Assembly: GCA_963728825.1 (NCBI GenBank)
Contig: CAVSLA010000004.1
Location: forward strand, 1,664,733-1,728,732
Source of the DNA: an uncultured Acidobacteriota bacterium
GTDB taxonomy: Bacteria > Acidobacteriota > Vicinamibacteria > Vicinamibacterales > CAVVIG01
DNA: 64,000 nucleotides
Direction: 5' to 3'
Notes under the pieces: model-generated
Database searches by the model: none
The model's input: the letters and a program-made list of their open reading frames with translations, nothing else
What the model was told of the DNA's origin: nothing
Program-made: the position numbers and the translations under genes
Shown: positions 60,678 to 64,000 of the stretch, piece by piece
How positions within the stretch are numbered: the stretch's first letter is position 1
Layout: each line of letters starts with the position of its first letter

Positions 60678-62949
60678 CTAGCGGGCCGGCAGCGCGAAGG
60701 CGATCAGTTCCTGGTCGGCGTTGGAGCCGGTCGTGATCAGGACGAACTGGCGGCCGGACGCCGAGCGGTAGGTCATCGGCGTGCCGGACGTCCGGCGCGG
60801 CAGGCGCTGGTGCCACACTTCCCTGCCGGTGCGTTTGTCGAACGCGAACAGCGCCGTGTCGCCTCCGCCGACGAACAGCAGTCCCCCCTTGGTGACAATC
60901 GATCCGGGCGTGCCGGGCGTGCCGAGGCGGTCCGGCAGGGCGATGCCCTTCAGGGCGGGGTGATTGCGGATGGAGTCCTCGCCGAATCCGAACGGCACCC
61001 GCCAGGCGATCTCGCCGCGGTTCATGTCGAACGCCACCAGCGTCGCGTAGGGCGGCTTGCTGAGCGGCAGTCCGTCCGCGAAGTTGGTTCCCCCGCCAAC
61101 CAGCTCGTAGCCGACCCAGTCGTGATCGTTGAAGCGGGACTGCGGATTCCTGGTCGTCGCCGGATCGTACTTGCGGAGCCGGAGCATGCCGAAGTTGTTC
61201 GACGTCTTGACGTAGAGCATGCCGGTCTCGGGATCGAACGAGCCGCCGCCCCAGCTGACGGTGCCGCCCGGCCCCGGCCGCACCAGCGAGCCTTCGAGGC
61301 TGGGCGGCGTAAAGATCGGTCCGAGCCGATATTTCTGCATTTCCGCCCTGCGCCGCGGCCTGCAGGGCCGGCGTCAGGTCGAAGGCATCGTCCAGCGACA
61401 CGCCCTGAGGACTGACCGGCGGCGGCCGGGTCGGAAACGGCTGCGTCGCCGCCGTACGTTCGCCGGGCACGTCGCTCTGCGGCACGGGGCGGTTCTCGAT
61501 CGGCCAGACCGGCTGTCCGGTGAGGCGGTCGAACACGAACACGAAGCCGTGTTTGGTCAGCTGCGTCACCGCCTCGATGCGGCGCCCGCCGACGTTGAGG
61601 TCCATCAGCATCGACTGCGCGGGCAGCGAATAGTCCCAGACGCCGTGGCGGACGATCTGGTAGTGCCACTTCCGCTGCCCGGTCTCCGCGTCGAGTGCGA
61701 TCAACGTCTCGGCAAACAGGTTGTCGCCAGGGCGGGCGCCGCCGTAATACAGGTTGCCCGGATTCCCGGTGGGCAGATAGACCAGCCCGTTCTTCTCGTC
61801 GACGGTGACGCCAGGCCAGGTTTCGATCTGCCCCGCCTCGCGCCACGACTGGTTCTCCCAGGTCGCCGCGCCGACGTCGGTCGGCGACTGCGGAATCGAC
61901 GACCACCGCCAGACGAGTTTTCCGGTGCGGGCGTGATACGCACGGACGTCGCCGGGCGGCGTCTTCCGGTAGATGATGTTGTCGCCGATGGCGCTCCCGA
62001 GGATGACCAGGTCTTTGTAGATGGTCGGTGCGGCGTTGATCTCGAAATGCGACGACTCGATCGCCCAGCTCAAATCCTTGCTGGTGTCGACCATGCCGTC
62101 GAGACCGAAGCTGGCGATCGGCTTCCCCGTTTCGGCATCGAGGCTGAACAGGCGATAACGGCTCGCCAGAAAGATGCGCAGCTTGTTGCCGTCCTGCGAA
62201 TCCCGCCATGCCGCCACCCCGCGATGCCGGAATCCGCCGGCCAGGAGCGGCATCCCGATTTCGTAGGCGCGCGGGTCGTAGACCCACTTCACCGCGCCGG
62301 TTTCGGCATCGAGCGCTGCGACGCGGTTGTAGTTCGTCGACACGTAGACGACGTTGTCGATCATGATCGGCGTCGAGGTGAAGTTGCCCGGCACCGTGCC
62401 GAACTCCTTCAGCGCCCGTTCCTCAGGACGCCATCGCCACGCGACCTGCAGCCGGTCGACATTGGCGGCCGTCACGTCTTCGAGCGGCGAGTAGCGCGAG
62501 TTCTGCTGATCGGCGCCGACGTAGCGCCACTCGACGGCACGGTTGGCGCCGGCCGGCGGAGCGGTGCGCGCCGCAGACGCGGTGACCACCGCCGACGATC
62601 CGAACGTCACCGGTTCGCGCGCGCCGCCGGAGGGCTGGCTCGAGGCCGTGCCGGCTGGCGCACCCAAGCCCCGCAGGTACTGCTCGATGGCGCGGACGTC
62701 GGCATCGCTGACGTCCGCGGCCGAGAAGCCGTTCATCATCGTGCCGGCGCCGGCCCGTACGATCCGAAGGAAATCCTGGGAGCCGCGGGTGAACGGCACC
62801 AACGCGGGCGCCAGCCGACCCTGTCCCTGGTCGCCGTGACAGGCGGCACATGAGCGGTCGTAGGCGTCGCGGCCGCTCTGTGCCGCGGCGCTGGCTGCCA
62901 GCAGCAGAATGACGAAGCAGAACGTAATCTGGCGCATCGTCTGGGTCAT
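60678..62949 (-). pseudogene. PQQ-dependent dehydrogenase with an N-terminal c-type cytochrome domain; one frame change
   Basis: A signal peptide, CAACH heme motif and Ala/Ser linker precede beta-propeller repeats (..YVGADQQNSRYSPL, AALDAETGAVKW, ALDAETGQRKWHYQ). An extra G near 61345 joins it to ORF 60678..61340. Confidence 0.8.
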
Positions 62950-63081
62950 GTGGTCAGTGCGCAGTTGTCTTCGGCGCCGCCTGCATCAGCAGCTGCCAGA
63001 GCTGTCGGCCGCATCCGGAAGCGGCTGCGTTAGATTAGCAGAACGCGTGTGGACCGACGCCTCCCACCGCGCCCGTCGTAC

Positions 63082-63119
63082 GTAGGGCGCACCTCTTAGG
63101 TGCGCCTCTTAGGTGCGCC
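63082..63119 (+). repeat. REP-like hairpin with GTAG head and a duplicated 3' arm
   Basis: GTAG-GGCGCACC-TCTT-AGGTGCGCC-TCTT-AGGTGCGCC. Confidence 0.75.
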
Positions 63120-63129
63120 TCGCCAACGA

Positions 63130-63155
63130 GCCGGGTCCAAAAGGACCCGGCCTAC
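63130..63155 (-). repeat. REP-like hairpin, opposite orientation
   Basis: GCCGGGTCC-AAAA-GGACCCGGC-CTAC. A remnant CCCCGGCCTAC lies at 63167-63177. Confidence 0.75.
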
Positions 63156-63204
63156 AAACGTCATCTCCCCGGCCTACGACGTCATTACACTAGAATCGAC
63201 CGCG

Positions 63205-63690
63205 ATGTCATTCCGCCTGGCCCCGGCCACCGAATCTGACGTACCGCTCATCCTTCACCTGATCAAGTCGCTCGCCGAATACGAGAAGCTGGCCGATCAG
63301 GTCGTGGCCACCGAAGCAGACCTCAGAGTCGCGCTGTTCGGTCCTCGGCCGGCCGCTGAAGTCATCATCGGGTATGCGGGCGACGAACCGGCCGGCTTCG
63401 CGATGTACTTCCAGACGTTCTCGACGTTCAAGGGCAAGCCGGGCCTCTACCTCGAGGACATCTTCGTCAAGCCCGAGTGGCGCAAGCACGGCCTGGGCAC
63501 GATGTTGCTGGCGCGGCTGGCCCGGATTGCCATCGAGAGGGGCTACGGGCGGATGGAATGGTCGGTCCTGGACTGGAACGAGATGGCACTGCGCGTCTAT
63601 CGCGCCGTCGGCGCGCGCCCGATGAGCGACTGGACCGTCTATCGGCTCAACGGTGCGGCACTGCACGATCTGGCGGGTCGAGACGCTTGA
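63205..63690 (+). CDS. GNAT-family N-acetyltransferase (diamine acetyltransferase-like)
   Basis: 161 aa. YLEDIFVKPEWRKHGLGTMLL (acetyl-CoA binding motif A). ATG at 63205, inside track ORF 63100..63690. Confidence 0.85.
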   Translation: MSFRLAPATESDVPLILHLIKSLAEYEKLADQVVATEADLRVALFGPRPAAEVIIGYAGDEPAGFAMYFQTFSTFKGKPGLYLEDIFVKPEWRKHGLGTMLLARLARIAIERGYGRMEWSVLDWNEMALRVYRAVGARPMSDWTVYRLNGAALHDLAGRDA

Positions 63691-64000
63691 GCAACTCGGC
63701 GACAGTCTGGCCGGTCACCGGGTCTCTCAGGGTCGGCGCGATTTCGGCCAGCGGCTCCAGCACGAACCGCCGCTCCCGGAAACGCGGATGCGGCACGACG
63801 AGGCCGGTTTCTTCGATGACGGCGTCGCCGAACAGGATCAAGTCGAGGTCGAGGGTTCGTGCCGCCGCCGCACGTGGACGCTCGCGGCCGCGCTCCCGCT
63901 CGATGTCGAGCAGCGCCTCCATCAGGTGACGCGCCCCCAGCAGCGGCTCCCCCACCGCTGCGGCGTTCAGGAATCGCGGCTGATCGTCCGGAACGCCAAC
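63647..64000 (-). CDS. folK: 2-amino-4-hydroxy-6-hydroxymethyldihydropteridine diphosphokinase (HPPK), 5'-partial at the window edge
   Basis: The frame is open to nt 64000: ..DQPRFLNAAAVGE..LLDIERERGR..RTLDLDLILFG..VVPHPRFRERRFVLEPL. Its 3' end overlaps the GNAT gene by 44 nt. Confidence 0.8.
   Translation of the reverse strand, partial: VGVPDDQPRFLNAAAVGEPLLGARHLMEALLDIERERGRERPRAAAARTLDLDLILFGDAVIEETGLVVPHPRFRERRFVLEPLAEIAPTLRDPVTGQTVAELLKRLDPPDRAVPHR

Noticed and set aside
63647-63690. 44-nt convergent overlap of the GNAT and folK genes as a regulatory antisense arrangement
   Set aside because: Both C-termini in the overlap are poorly conserved tails. An undetected indel shifting one stop is at least as likely in this sequence.

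Overview
High-GC bacterial chromosomal core segment (by eye about two-thirds G+C; not computed). The protein repertoire (VWFA-type secreted protein, zinc-ribbon/RDD and TPR membrane proteins, Gly-rich efflux adaptors) suggests an Acidobacteriota-like organism; that is inference only. About 60 protein genes are supported. Up to ~47 kb most are on the minus strand: polX, rodZ-like, thiE, the conserved rnhB-rplS-trmD-rimM-KH-rpsP-ffh block, ribBA-ribE-ribD, ftsY, gpsA-plsY, thpR, cinA, pgpA, an NtrY-like kinase with a sigma-54 activator, nrdR, purC, CIRCE-controlled groES-groEL, tonB-like, tatA, selB, rnr, glycerate kinase, ftsEX, gatB and pckA. From 47 kb the plus strand carries an ECF sigma/anti-sigma pair, ispH and a Spy-like/TolC/MFP/RND/MacA/MacB efflux supercluster. 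A PQQ dehydrogenase, a GNAT and folK close the window. I saw no rRNA, tRNA, CRISPR array, transposase, integrase, phage gene or recognisable defence system. Two things stand out. (1) There are roughly 65-70 single-base frame changes, mostly in the direction of an inserted base. They are concentrated in patches (10.6-16.0, 19.5-26.7, 43.9-50.9 and 53.7-56.2 kb) and break essential genes (ffh, ftsY, gatB, rib genes, ispH), while long neighbouring genes (rnr, groEL, the TPR protein) are intact. I read this as local consensus error rather than biology, and I mark such genes as pseudogene (as sequenced). Frame-change positions are hand-derived and approximate. (2) The intergenic DNA carries several repeat families. 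These are GTAG-headed REP-like hairpins, two large GC-rich nested palindromes built from GGTGCC/GGCACC words, AT-rich TTACAAT/ATTGTAA palindromes, and unit-specific 7-8-nt tandem arrays. A pair of ECF-type promoter-like motifs also links the sigma factor to the efflux cluster. No clearly novel protein-coding system is visible. The repeat architecture and the ECF-efflux module are the best candidates for follow-up.
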